A DNA stretch of 64,000 nt, from the NCBI GenBank assembly GCA_951406725.2, contig OX597821.1, positions 70,494,001 through 70,558,000 of the forward strand, written 5' to 3'. The translations under genes were made by a program, and so were the position numbers. Below are positions 39,738 to 54,731 of the stretch, piece after piece. Source of the DNA: Octopus vulgaris. Taxonomy: Eukaryota. Position 1 is the stretch's first letter, and the number at the start of each line of letters is the position of its first letter. Under the pieces are notes generated by a model. That model was not told the DNA's origin. It ran no database searches and saw only the letters and a list, made by a program, of their open reading frames with translations.

Positions 39738-40209
39738 GTGTGTGTGTGTGTGTGTGAATATAATCAAAAGGGTAATAATATAGATTACTACCAGTGGCCC
39801 AGCACAAAAGACGAATTAGTCATTAGACAAAATATTATTTATATAGAAAAATATTATTCATGTTGAAATATAATTAAGGGCTCCTAAATAAGGATGCCAA
39901 GTGCTAGGGACACAAAAAGGGATAAATTTATCGAGAGTGAAAATCAAAATACATTTACCAATAACGATACATCCCGGACTGATATCAGTTTCTATGTCTT
40001 TCTAGCAAAACAGACAGAATATCTTTGCTAAGGCGTATCGCTGATGAAACCGGCCTTAGCAAACATATTCTGTCTGTTTTGCTAGAAAGAGGTAGAAACT
40101 GATATCAGTCCGGGATGTATCGTTATTGGTAAATGTTTTTGATTTTCACTCTCGATAAATTTATCCCTTTTTTTTGTCCCTAGCACTTGGCATCCTTATT
40201 TAGGAGCCC

Positions 40210-40243
<34 letters not shown>

Positions 40244-40244
40244 T

Positions 40245-40291
<47 letters not shown>

Positions 40292-42693
40292 ACAGATAGA
40301 TATATATACATAAACACATACATATATATATTTATAACATTGATAATAGTTGATACATAAACATACATGAAGAAGAAGAAGAAGAAGAAGAAGAAGAAGA
40401 AGAAGAAGAAGAAGAAGAAGAAGAAGAAGAAGAAGAAGAAGAAGAAGAAGAAGAAGAAGAAGAAGAAGAAGAAGAAGAAGAAGAAGAAGAAGAAGAAGAA
40501 GAAGAAGAATGTTGGTGCGCATGACACATGTACAAAAATTATGAAAGATACGCGCGTATTATGAAAAATGCCGAGGGTGAAACTATTCAGTAAGTTAACA
40601 ATTAACGAGGAACATCTCGATATATCAATCAACAAAAACACGCATATACATTACATGTGTATTCAATTATTGGCGTTTTTACGTCATCACACGTTATAAA
40701 CTAGGTATGCATGCATACATGCACGTGTGTATATATGTATGCATGTATGTGTGTATGTATGTATGCATGTTTGAATTGTTTACATTATAAGAATTTTTAT
40801 TTTGTTCAGAAACTTGAGTAGATAATATTCATAGTTTTACCGATGGAACTCGAAGTAAATACGGCTATATATAACGGTTTCAAATTTTTGCTTAAGGCCA
40901 GCAATTTGGGGAGAGTGGGTCAAACGATTATATTGACCCCAGTACTTGACTGGTACTTATTTTATCGACTCCGAAAGGATGAAAAGTAACGTCAACCTCA
41001 GCGAATTTTGAACTCAGAGTGTAAATACAAGCGAAATGGCTCTAAGGAGTTTGCCCGGCATCCTAACGATTCTGCCAGCTTACCGCCTTAAATGAAGCTA
41101 TAAATGATATTATGCAGAATATAAGATTAAAAAACAAATGAAAAATCTTTGGATAGGAAAATGTCAAAGCCACCCTTGGGACTTGCACCCACATCTCGTT
41201 TGCTTATGTCAGATGTGTTACCATTATTCGAAAGCAACCCTTGTAATTGTCTCTGTCCGTTTAGAATCTTTATTCTTACCAGCGAGAATTGGATGTTATT
41301 TACGACAGAAGAATTCTTTTAAGAGTATTCTTTAGAAACTTTGAGAGTTATGAAACAAATCTACTCCACCTATTTTTCCATTATTTCACTTCTTAGAGTG
41401 GAATATCTATAAGGTCTCTGTTAGGATAAGCAGAAGAATTTATGGAAAAGACTGCTTGTCTAAAATCCACCATCATTACCATCACCATCACCATCACCAT
41501 CAAGATATTTTCGGATAATCTCTTCTTGCTCTGTCAAACCATTCCAATATATTTTTGCATTCGCCAAACCTTCTAACAATCCTCACATTTGCCAATTTTT
41601 TCTCCATCAATTCAGTTCTCTCTCATCTCTCTTTCAGTTTAATTCTATCTCTCTCTCTCTCTCCCACACCCCACACACATACATATACAAGTGTATGCGT
41701 ATGCATAAGATTTTATATACACACACATACATATATTCAAACATATATATATATATATTCATATTCATACATACATACATACATACATACATACATACAT
41801 ACATACATACATACATACATACATACATACGTACACATTCATTTCGAAATTACTTTAAAACTAGTCTGGAAACTGTTTAATATTGTTCTCCCTCTTGAAG
41901 CCAGATTCCCCCCTCTCTCTCTTTCTATCTTTCTTTCTCCGCCTCTCTCTCTGGTTATCTCTATCTCTCCTTCTTACCCTATGTGTTTAAATAATGTTCC
42001 TTCTTCACAAAATACCAAACAGCACTTTTTTTTATTGCCCCGGCGGGTATTTTCGTCTTGTTCCAATTGACTGGATGCTTTGCTGTCCACTCAAAACATT
42101 GATTTTCATCTGCTGGCAAACGCTTTTACAGAACCTGTCTATACTGGAGTGTTGGTAATTAGAAAGAATCGTAAATGGCACTCGATTTTTCACTGGAATG
42201 TGACTTTGAAGAAACGGATAGTGGATCGCAAAAACAAAAACATTATGCTATTGTACCGCTAATTTTCTTCAGTTCTTGTAATACTCGTTGGCTGTTTGGG
42301 GTAGGAGATATGCCCACAAAAACACATGTATGCACAGACACATACATGCAAGCACATATACATAGATTTACATACACACATGTATATATATATATATGTA
42401 GACAGAAGTAGCAAATAAACGATCATTATATGAGTGTGTGTGTGTGTGTGTGTGTGTATAATACAATAATAATTATGTAATAATAATACGTAAACATAAT
42501 AATGATAATAATAGGCATACTCCGATTTAAAGTGACATTTATATATAAACAATTGACTGAAAAATGATGAGCTAATCCAAGCCAGATTTGAACCCACAAA
42601 TCACCGCTTACACGGCTCCTTGAGCATCCGACTGGGCCAACCGCTTACCGATCAATTGTTTGAATATTTACTTTAACTGTCCAATGCTACATA

Positions 42694-42922
42694 TAATATT
42701 TGTAAACAAACAAGAAGGCATCGTAAGTTACGGAACAAAACTACTATGGAAGTCTATTAGTACAATAATCACTATATAATAATATATCATAATAATGATA
42801 TATATAATCGGAGTGCATATATTATTATGATATATTATTATATATTATTATCGTACTAATAGACTTCCATAGTCGCTTTCCTCTGTAACTTACGATGCCT
42901 TCTAGTTTGTTTACAAATATTA
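42694..42922. repeat. Imperfect inverted repeat (~105-bp arms)
   Basis: tttgtaaacaaac.agaaggcatcgtaagttac...ctatggaagtctattagtac and its reverse complement. Confidence 0.8.
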
Positions 42923-42939
42923 GATATGTATTTGTGTGC

Positions 42940-43014
<75 letters not shown>

Positions 43015-43939
43015 CGAGTGAATGTCATTATTTAGTTTTATTTTAAGATTTCTTTCCAATAGAGAAAAAGCCACTTTCCAAGGCTCCTTCATTGGAATTT
43101 CAGCAACATCAGCAGAGTATCTTTGTATGTATGTATGTATGTATGTATGTATGTATGTATGTATGTATGTATGTATGTATGCATGTATGTATGTATGTAT
43201 GTATGTGTGTATACATGTATGTATGTATGTATGTATGTATGTATGTATGTATGTATGCATGTATGTATGTATGCATGAATGTATGTATGTATGTGTGTAT
43301 GCATGTATGTATGTATGTATGTATGTATGTATGTATGTATGTATGTATGTATGCATGTATGTATGTATGCATGAATGTATGTATGTATGTGTGTATGTAT
43401 GTATGTATGCATGTATGTATGTATGTATGTATGTACGTACGTAAGTATGTATGTATATATTATTATGTGTGTGTGTATTTATTATGTATGTATATATTAT
43501 GTATGTATGTGTGAAGATTTGTATGTTTCGTTTTATGTATGCCGTCTCATGCATATACTAGCATATCTAGGCATGCTCATATATGCTTAAATGATTTTAC
43601 AATTCCCATGATGGAATGGATCTGTAGTCTTCGAATCAGCTTTCTCCTTTCTGGTTGTGAGAAGCCTAATTTCTCAAGATTGGTACTTAGGCAGTCTCTT
43701 ACATATTCCAGTGCCCCAATAATTATAGGTGTATGCATTAATTTTTGTATGTATGTATGTATGTAATGTATGTATATTGCCCAAAAGGCAAAAAAATGGA
43801 CACCCTGCTTTCTAACAAGTCATTGCAGGTTGGGCAATTTTCGTCGGCCTCCGATATGTAGCGCGTCTTCAAACGCACCAGAAGGGATATTATCCCCGGG
43901 TTAATACCGCAATAAATCTACGTTTCGCGTTGTACCCAT

Positions 43940-44415
43940 ATAGTTCCGTTTTCAGTCCCACTGCGTGGCACTTTGGCCAAATGTTTTCTACTATAACCTC
44001 GGACTGACCAAAAGTTTGGCAGTGGATTTGGTGGACAGAAACTTACAAAAGCACTTCGTACACACACACACACACGTGTGTGTGTGTATGTATCTGTGAG
44101 TGTGTATCTGTGTGTGTGAGTGTGTATCTGTGTGAGTGTGTATGTGTTTGTGTGTATGTGTCCGTGTATGTGTGTGTAAGTGTATGTATGTGTACGCGTG
44201 TGTGTTTGTCCCCCAACACCGCTTGACAATTGATGTTGGTGTGTTTACGTACCTGTAACTTAGCATTTCAGCAAAAGAAACCGAGAGAATAAGTACCAGA
44301 CTTATGAAAAAAAAAAATGAACTGGTGTCAATTCGTTGGACTGAAATTCTTCCAGGCGGTGCCCCAGCATGGCCGCAGTCTAATGACTGGAACAAGTGAA
44401 AGATAAAAGAGAATG
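43940..44415 (+). mobile_element. SINE family 1 copy with expanded TG-rich middle
   Basis: ttcagtcccactgcgtggcac...gtttgtccccc...ccagcatggccgcagtc. Confidence 0.8.
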
Positions 44416-44860
44416 AAAACATCTCCCTGCAAACGTTTTCTCTCCTCGACGAATTCCGTATCTAACTCGGTTTTAATACATCTGTTGTCCCAAGATAACT
44501 GGCTCAGCGTTAACAGCTCTAACTATTAACTGGCTCATTGAGTACTGATGAAGAGAAGGTGGCGGCGCGGCGGTGGCGGCGGTGGCGGTGGCGGCGGCGG
44601 CTATAAGATGGTGTAGAGAGAATGGTTCAGTGGTGATGGGGAAGCGGGGTGTACACTTAGGAGTGTCTTGTTACCGTCAAAGTTAATTAAGAGAAGCAGT
44701 TTTCAGTTCCGTACTCTTTGTCTTCTGTGATGGATTAATATTCGGCAGAGGAAACGAGGCGCATGGGTGTGGGTGTTTTTATATGAGTTTCACTGTGGAT
44801 GGGGATATAGATGCGCACATTACTCTGCATACATACATGTATATAATATATAAATATGTG

Positions 44861-44987
<127 letters not shown>

Positions 44988-45349
44988 CACGTATATGTAT
45001 GTATGTAGCCTTTGCTATCAGTTTCTTTTAGCCCCTATTCCGCCACACAACAAAGATACCTATAGAATAACTCATTTGTGTGTGTGTGTGTATGTGTGTG
45101 TATTTATATATGCTACCCGCAGCCTCAACTATCTCATCATTCTCTCCATTAAGTCACGTAAAGTCATATGGGTGCTTTGAGTTCGTTGTTATATTAAATA
45201 GCACGAAAGAATCTCAACCAGGAACGCGCGTTTATATGTAGATATATGTTAAGTGTATGTATGTATGTATGTATGTATGTATGTATGTATGTATGTATGT
45301 ATGTATGTATACACACATATATATAAACATTTAAACGTACATATATGCA

Positions 45350-45404
<55 letters not shown>

Positions 45405-45470
45405 CTATATATATATAGATATATATATATACACACACACCCCCTCATACATATATACATTGTACATATA

Positions 45471-45528
<58 letters not shown>

Positions 45529-46967
45529 AACACATTGTGATATTGCAGTGGCGTGTGGGTTAGCGCAGCTATAAGATTTACAGCAGACACGGCGTTCGAA
45601 TCCCGGACTTAGAGTGACAATATTTTCCTTTTTTTCATACATCTTTATGTATGTCTACAGGAAAAGAGATGATGAAGGAATAACCGATTGCTTTATGAAC
45701 TTTATTGGCTTTCAGCTGTTGCCGCTTTAAGATGCGTTGGTCTCTGCACGGTAACTGCACGACAATGTGAGGTATATTTGCCATCTCAATATGGCTAACC
45801 ACTAAGGGTGGGTGTTACTGTTTATACCTCGTTCACAGATTTATTATTGCTTGTATACACTTTTTCAAGATCAGTGACGAAAAGTTACAGGAAAAAGGAA
45901 AAAGAATATTAATATTTGCATTGGGAACAGGTTCTCTTCGTTCGGAGCCTAGTGGTTAGGGTGTTCAATTTACGATGTTCAGATCGCTGGTTCGACTCCT
46001 GGACCGCGCTGTGTGCTGTGTTCTTGAACAAAACACTTTATCAAACGTTGCTCTCGTACTGTGTGAGGATCGGCATGTCGAAGAAAAGATCCAACGTTTT
46101 CTCGGCGTATCGTGAAAGGCGACTAAAAGAGGTTGTGGTAGGATTTGCACTCTGACCGCATAAAACACTCACCAGCAACGTCTACCCAATCAGACCCATG
46201 GGTAGGAGGGTTGATGCCTGAGTAGGGCAAATGTATCATCTGCCAGGAGTATGGAATGACCAACAAATGGTGGACGCAGCGACGCGCTGTTATCACGCAT
46301 GTCCGAATGTTTCCACTTCGCAGAGTATGTGCTAAATTATTTGAGTACACGTTAACTTGTTCGTACTTTTTGGAGACGTGGAGTCTGTGTCATTCTGTTG
46401 AGGCCAAACCGAGTTTGAAATGCATCCTAAGGTAATCCAAGCCTCAAAACAAATTTCAGATTATCACTTTGTACTCCAATCATAAAATTCAAACCGTTGT
46501 AAAGTTCTGATATTAGCTTCCTTTCTTATTTAAATTTGCTAACAGTTAACGGTGTTAACAATAATTATATGGCTCTCTCCTCTCTCAATTGAGGGACTTC
46601 TAACGCTTTATGAAAAACACACATCCATACTTTAATGGTTGTCTTCCAGGCTATAGTTATTTTCCGTCTATAACCAATGTCTTATTTCATAAAATGTCTT
46701 ATTTATCTATCTCAGGTAATGTTATGCTGGTGATTTCTAAAAAGGATAAAATGGAGTTATACGTGATTATCCCTGACTAGAAATCCTAAGAACTTCGTCA
46801 CAGAGAAGCAAAAGTAAAACATTAAATATGCACCTTATATCCATCATTATTCCTTAACTTCAAATTCAAAACTCTAATCTAGCCAAATATTATAATTGAT
46901 TATCTCCCTTGTATTAACTGTCTGCGAGGGGGCTCCACATACATACATACATACATACATACATACA

Positions 46968-47003
<36 letters not shown>

Positions 47004-47079
47004 TGTATAAATATATGTGAGGGCGTGTTTGTGTTTTTATGCGTATATATAGATATGTATATGCATGTGTCTGTCTCTG

Positions 47080-47110
<31 letters not shown>

Positions 47111-47425
47111 CTTACGCATACACCCAAACACAAGCATGAAGAAGCATACAATGTATGTGAAAATATTAGAACACACACTTATTTTTGTGTTCTATGTGTG
47201 TGCAATATGTGTATGTGCATGTGTGGGTATGCTTATACACCCGTTGCATATCCGACTGTATGAATTCGTAATTTGGTAAATCTGTATGCTTAAGAATATA
47301 TGTATGTTTGCATGTACGTTAGAACTTGAATTTGCATTCCTATACAATCAAATACTGTCAACTCACGTGGACAAATAATTCATATCAAGTGAGTATCCAG
47401 TTTATATACATATGATATTATATAC

Positions 47426-47519
<94 letters not shown>

Positions 47520-47520
47520 A

Positions 47521-47646
<126 letters not shown>

Positions 47647-47660
47647 ATCTATCTATTATC

Positions 47661-47698
<38 letters not shown>

Positions 47699-48602
47699 TT
47701 ATCCATCTGTCTATCTATGTCCCTCTCTTCCTATCGTCCCCAGTTTCCCTTCATATCAGTCTTCCCGTTCTCCACACCTCTACAACACATTCTTTTCTGA
47801 AAGGTCTTCGCTTTTCTAATTACAATTTGCAATTTCTCCGTCTACGTTTTTGTTCAACTACAGTTTAAATAACACGTATATATTGAAGGTCACACACGCA
47901 CCACAATCACGCACTCACACACACACACTCACACACATGCACATATACACACATACAGGAAGACAAACCCACACACACACACATGACATCTCCCTTTACC
48001 CCCCTCACAATCTCTTACCTTTCTTCTTCTTCTTCTTCTTCTTCTTCTTCTTCTTCTTCTTCTTCTCTCTCTCTCTCTCTTTCTTTCTCCCTCCTTTTTG
48101 CAGCCATAAAACTTACAAAATATAAAAACTTACACTTCCTCAATTTTTCATTTTGTTGTTTTTGTGTTGCGTTTTAGGCTACGTATCTCCATCAAAATTG
48201 TATAGATTATATTCTACGATATATTTAGGTTATTTCTGCGATCTAATACATGATATATGTACTTTATACCTATGTTATGTGACATATAAATGCTGTATCG
48301 CATACGTTAGAGTTAAGAAACATACATACATACATATGTGTGTGAGTACTTGTGAGTGTGTGTGTATGTGTGTGTGTGTGTGTGTTATAATTTAAAGATA
48401 CATAGATGCAGTGTATGCGTGACAGGAATATATATGGTAAATGCATGATATGTGTAACGTAGATGCCAAAGGTATTTGTAAAAACATAAACTGTATGTTT
48501 AATTACTTCAGTTTGCATACAGCTGTGGGGAAAACTTTTCGACCATTCGAATATAAGGTAACTCTTCAGAGGTAATACAATCTGAAATGTTGCCTACGAA
48601 CT

Positions 48603-48828
48603 TATGGTCCAACCACTTTTCCGTTCGCTATTGTAAATATGTATGAATGTCCCATGATAGATCGCTTGCCACTACACATTTTTTATTTCCTTTCCTTGTT
48701 TCTTTCTGTGTTCCTTTCTGTGGACGAGCATAGGCTCGAAACATTAAAGACTTTTTCACTTCGCGAGCGTATCTGTTTGTTGTCTACACCACCTGTCTTC
48801 GTCTTTGTTTTTGTTTTTTGTGAATTCT

Positions 48829-48873
<45 letters not shown>

Positions 48874-49263
48874 GATTCTCCACTTATAGAAATTGGAAAA
48901 ACGGTATTTGACTGCCATTTCTAATTCCTTCGGTATGAGGTGAAACAGCCTGCTGTTAACCTTCTTATTTTTTCTTTACTATATACTGAACCTTACAAAG
49001 GTCCTGACAATTAATTTGTCGTATTTACATACCGAATTATGGTCCAACCACTTTTCCGTTCGCTATTGTAAATATGTATGAATGTCCCATGATAGATCGC
49101 TTGCCACTACACATTTTTTATTTCCTTTCCTTGTTTCTTTCTGTGTTCCTTTCTGTGGACGAGCATAGGCTCGAAACATTAAAGACTTTTTCACTTCGCG
49201 AGCGTATCTGTTTGTTGTCTACACCACCTGTCTTCGTCTTTGTTTTTGTTTTTTGTGAATTCT

Positions 49264-49322
<59 letters not shown>

Positions 49323-50648
49323 GATTCTCCACTTATAGAAATTGGAAAAACGGTATTTGACTGCCATTTCTAATTCCTTCGGTATGAGGTGAAACAGCCT
49401 GCTGTTAACCTTCTTATTTTTTCTTTACTATATACTGAACCTTACAAAGGTCCTGACAATTAATTTGTCGTATTTACATACCGAAATTTACCGGTAAATA
49501 ATTGTTGGTTACATGATAAACCACAGGAAAATTATTTACCATTTTTATTGAATTACCATGTGGATTCCTCATTCCATTACGATTACCCAGAAAGCGCGCA
49601 TGGCAGAATTTTGGAGGGAAAATTTACGTTCCCAGTCGCCACTTAGTTTTAACATCTGCTCTCTTCCCCCCACTATCTGATGTCGCTGGGTCAGAAGTGA
49701 AAGCTAGTGGCATTTAGTAAAGCTATCGAATATAGCGCCGATGACGGAATTCAAACTGATTTCTATGTTTGCGATCCAGAAACATATGTTCGCTATTAAC
49801 GGTAAGTGACTGAATTCGTATATTTGCCACTCCGGTTTTGTGTATGTGAGCCGTAAGGGCCTTCGTTTTTGGATTCTCCACTTATAGAAATTGGAAAAAC
49901 GGTCTTTGACTGCCATTTCTAATTCCTTCGGTATGAGGTGAAACAGCCTGCTGTTAACCTTCTTATTTTTTCTTTACTATATACTGAACCTTACAAAGGT
50001 CCTGACAATTAATTTGTCGTATTTACATACCGAAATTTACCGGTAAATAATTGTTGGTTACATGATAAACCACAGGAAAAGTATTTACCATTTTTATTGA
50101 ATTACCATGTGGATTCCTCATTCCATTACGATTACCCAGAAAGCGCGCATGGCAGAATTTTGGAGGGAAAATTTACGTTCCCAGTCGCCACTTAGTTTTA
50201 ACATCTGCTCTCTTCCCCCCACTATCTGATGTCGCTGGGTCAGAAGTGAGGGCTAGTGGCATTTAGTAAAGCTATCGAATATAGCGCCGATGACGGAATT
50301 CAAACTGATTTCTATGTTTGCGATCCAGAAACGTATGTTCGCTATTAACGGTAAGTGACTGAATTCGTATATTTGCCACTCCGGTTTTGTGTATGTGAGC
50401 CGTAAGGGCCTTCGTTTTTGGATTCTCCACTTATAGAAATTGGAAAAACGGTCTTTGACTGCCATTTCTAATTCCTTCGGTATGAGGTGAAACAGCCTGC
50501 TGTTAACCTTCTTATTTTTTCTTTACTATATACTGAACCTTACAAAGGTCCTGACAATTAATTTGTCGTATTTACATACCGAAATTTACCGGTAAATAAT
50601 TGTTGGTTACATGATAAACCACAGGAAAATTATTTACCATTTTTATTG

Positions 50649-50652
<4 letters not shown>
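48603..50652. repeat. Complex tandem array (435-bp then 549-bp periods) containing two A6U hammerhead elements (48714-48749, 49149-49184)
   Basis: ORF-track offsets 48639/49074 and 49704/50253; motif cttt-CTGTGGA-c-GAGC-atag-GCTC-GAAA-CA-TT-aaag. Confidence 0.85.
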
Positions 50653-50695
<43 letters not shown>

Positions 50696-50714
50696 CACAC
50701 ATACATATATGTAA

Positions 50715-51250
50715 AGATAAAATCCAAGGATCAAAGTGTAGGAAGTTAGCAAGCTTCGAGCAGTCCGGAGAAGGCATAAAAAAATTTTTCAGAATCAACA
50801 GTAGTTTGTGGCGTAGAAGGTTGTAAACTTTTCCTGTATCGAAGTTCAATAAGCTGAAAACAGTTATTTTATAGCTCACGGTTAGCAACTGGGGCTGCTT
50901 GTATGCAAATAAAAATCCAAATTTAGGGAATGGAGCAGGTAAAATCCGGGCTAGATAGGTTTCATAACTAGCAGAATCTCGGAAGTAGTAATTATTCAAC
51001 GAGGGATACTCCACTAGCTGCTCATCAGGCCGAAGTGTGTAGTTTTGGTATTTCTGTTTCCTTGTGAACCAGTGAGATGTCCTTCAGACTTCCTTAACAT
51101 GAATGACAAGGGGTTACAGAAAGTATAAACAGTATCACAGAGAGGCTGTCTCCTTGGAACATGTCTTCGCGATATTGTATTCTATCGGTGATAATACAGT
51201 CACTCTTTCTGTTTAATTTCAAAACAGTGGCCCACGATGAAGTTAGGGAA
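50715..51250 (-). pseudogene. Degenerate LINE reverse-transcriptase fragment (CR1/jockey-like)
   Basis: KFGF...PQLL...DTGKVYNLLRHKLLLILKNF...KLANFL resembles the QxGF...LDxxKAFDxVxHxxLLxKL motif. Confidence 0.5.
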
Positions 51251-51488
51251 CTTTAGCTTGTTGAAGGGCTTCTAGCATCCATATGTATGTGTGTATGTAT
51301 GTATGTATGTATGTATGCATGCATGTATGTATGTATGTATGTATGTATGTATGGATGGATGGATGGATGGATGGATGTATGCATGTATGTATGTATGTAT
51401 GTATGTTTGTACGTACGTACGTATGTATGTATGCATGTATGTAGTATGCATGTATGTATGTATGCATGCATGTATGTATGTATGTATG

Positions 51489-51522
<34 letters not shown>

Positions 51523-51862
51523 TGTATGTATGTATGTATGTATGTGTGTATGTATGCATGCATGAATGTATGTATTCCATCAGCTGTGTCTGAAGGCCTT
51601 CCGAAACCTGTAGATGTAGACTACAATGCTTAAAATGTCGGTGACTGCAGAAAAGTCATAAGCAGACAGAGAATTGCAGAGGGCCGGCATCATTTGGCAG
51701 AAAGAACGGAGCGGGTCCCGCGCCGGTTGAACATAACGACGCCGATGAGTGGAGTAGATGTGTTCATGTATGTATAAATGTACGCACCTATGTATGCGCG
51801 TATGTTATATTTCTTTATACATCCATCCTATAACTGAGCATATACATACATACATACATACA

Positions 51863-52016
<154 letters not shown>

Positions 52017-52183
52017 TGTATATATACGCACAGATAGTTAGGGAGATAGAGAGAGACATAGGGAAACATGCATTTATCTGTGTGTGAGTGTGTATACATA
52101 TGTATGTATTTAGAAAGGTAAGTAGGTAGGCAGGTATGTAGGTATGTATATATATATACATACACACACACACATATATATAT

Positions 52184-52261
<78 letters not shown>

Positions 52262-53603
52262 CTGTTTACTCCTAATGTATGTCTGCTTAGTTTAATCTTT
52301 TTATTTCATCGGCTGAAAATAATGGAACCTTCCTAACAAAGAAGTCGATGATGAAAAATATTAAAAAAATAAAGAAAAAACAAACCTAAACTACTTTATT
52401 GAATTAATGATAAATCTTTCATTACGATTTGATGTTTACCATAATTCCATTACAATCTTTATTGCGTCGTGCTATTTAACGTAATCCAATTTCATAATAA
52501 TGTTTGGTTATTATTATGTGTTGGACTAAAGAAATTCCTGTGTTTCCTTTTATAACTAAAGATATTGCTAAGATTATGTTAAGAAAATAATGAAAACATG
52601 AGGAGTTTTAAAATATTTCAGACTTTTTTGTGTTTGTTTTTTTCCTGATATTTTTTCTTTTTTGTCGTTGATAATTTCGTTGTGGTTTATTGAGATAAAA
52701 TTCGTTATTTTGTTCTTGTTTTCATTACTATCTTATTTGTATATTTGTTTGTCGTTGGTGAAATGATGAATTTGGTGATCAGAGAGATATGTCACTGGTT
52801 TATACTTTTACTTAAGCTTTCGCATAAAATTAGATTTTAGGATATCTTCATTTAGGCACACACACACACACATACATACATGCATACACGCACATGTATG
52901 CATACATAAACACACATAGACACATACATACATACATACATACATACATACATACATACATACATACATACATACACGATGACTGCAACCGCAGATCGAG
53001 AAATGCCATCGCTTAATAGTTCGCTTTAAGCAGCACGGATGTGGTTTCCTGTCTTGCTAGGGAAATACCGTTTTTGTGCAGATTTGGTAACGATGTTACC
53101 TCTTTCAATAGGTGTTCAGAGATCTTACCACTCCGCTGAAACGCATACAGACACAGAAGCACACACACGCACACACGTGTATCATGTGTATGCATCTATA
53201 GATATGTGTATATGAATCTGACACTCTAATATCGGGCACACTTCAGTACCCAGTCTAGCATTCTAGATCAAACCAAACTAAATCTACCAACAATATCTTT
53301 CCATGAACCCACACTCTATAAACATATTTTCCTCCGATCCTCTTCTATCCACCTTCCCAAACATCAACTTTCCAAATCTACATGTTCCAAGCCGAATTAT
53401 CATCTCATTAGCTTCGCCTACCCAGAAAAAATGTAGAAAGAAATACGTCAAAGATGATATAAAGTCAAAAGTGAACGCGTCTCTAGTACAACCTGACGAA
53501 AACTATTAGCATACCTAAACCACGAAGTCACTGTTATTCCTACTTGTACAAGTTTAATAAAGACGAAACCTACTGAAGACTATTGATTAATTTTATGTTC
53601 AAT

Positions 53604-53635
<32 letters not shown>

Positions 53636-53636
<1 letters not shown>

Positions 53637-53877
53637 CCTACCAAGAACTCACAACGACCTCGAACACACAAGTGCAAACAAGGGAGTCAGAGAAAGGCAG
53701 AATGCCACTTATATCTGAACACTACTATAGAAATATTCCTTTAAAAAAACTTTTCTTCTAATTTTTCTAAATTTAATTATTTAATCGTTACAGTTGAAAA
53801 GGTCTCAAAATGACCGAAACCGGTACTGAAAGATTCACTATAAAATTATCTTAGCATTTTCTATTTTTGACTTGTTT

Positions 53878-53881
<4 letters not shown>
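53636..53881 (+). mobile_element. Short element with U3-A8 hammerhead motif (53788-53831); second copy 55057-55305 (motif 55217-55256)
   Basis: cag-TTGAAAA-GGTC-tcaaaat-GACC-GAAA-CCGG-TA^-ctg; the second copy has stem II AGT...ACT (compensatory change). Confidence 0.7.
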
Positions 53882-53911
<30 letters not shown>

Positions 53912-53918
<7 letters not shown>

Positions 53919-54100
53919 AATGAGGTAATCAGATCGGATGGTTCATATTTATAGATATTTATTTATATATTACATTTTTTACATATATATCTATCATATC
54001 ATTCAGATCATATCATTCGGATTATTAGCGCTTTCTCCCAATCCAGTGGGGTTTTCAAATCAAATCAATTTCTTTGTGGGGAATTTGAACATTTTATAGA
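53912..54100 (-). mobile_element. Short element with U3-A8 hammerhead motif (54019-54066); inverted homolog 55347-55500 (motif 55349-55390)
   Basis: TTGAAAA-c-CCCA-ctggat-TGGG-a-GAAA-GCGC-TA versus TTGAAAA-a-TCCA-ccagaa-TGGA-c-GAAA-GCGC-TA. Confidence 0.65.
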
Positions 54101-54536
54101 GTTTCGTAGCAGTGGGGAGGAATAAGACAGTATAAGAGGGTGAGGAGGAAGTGAGACAGAGAAAACATGTGTGTATGTGTATGTGTGTGTGTGTGTGTGT
54201 GTGTGTTTATATATATATATATATATATATAAATTTTCTGTCTCTCCTTTCTCCGTCTTTCAAGACATTCTCTAAGCGTGATCCGCTATTCTCGTCTTCT
54301 TGGCCCCAAGGTCGTATTTTGTTTGACTGTTCGTCCTTGTCCCCCGTCCTCTGTCGTTTTACTTGTTTTGCTTTGCTTTGTTTTGTTTTGTTTGCTCTTG
54401 TCCCTAATTCTCCGCAAAAAAATCATTTTGCAGTTACCGCCAGTTGGGAAGCAATCGATAACTGATGAAGAATTACGGACATTCTGTTTGTTCACTTTTA
54501 TATTCAGTATACGTTACGTCGTTTGTTTATACAGCT

Positions 54537-54700
<164 letters not shown>

Positions 54701-54731
54701 TGTAAATATAATATGTGACAATTATTTGGTA

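Larger units (their letters stand above)
37636..41830. repeat. ~2.1-kb near-identical tandem duplication
   Basis: Identical ORF-track entries at 39039 and 41138 (offset 2099); differences mostly in microsatellite length. Confidence 0.9.

Noticed and set aside
46150-46540. Mariner 5' remnant on the minus strand (similar hints at 35520-35900)
   Set aside because: Only faint motifs (MHFKLG, LRPP); too degraded to support
48603-50652. CRISPR-like array
   Set aside because: Units are hundreds of bp with no unique spacers; eukaryotic context with no cas genes
51015-51040. CTGATGA on the minus strand as a hammerhead core
   Set aside because: No stem II or GAAA follows; it lies in the LINE remnant at a PDE/GPDG-like motif
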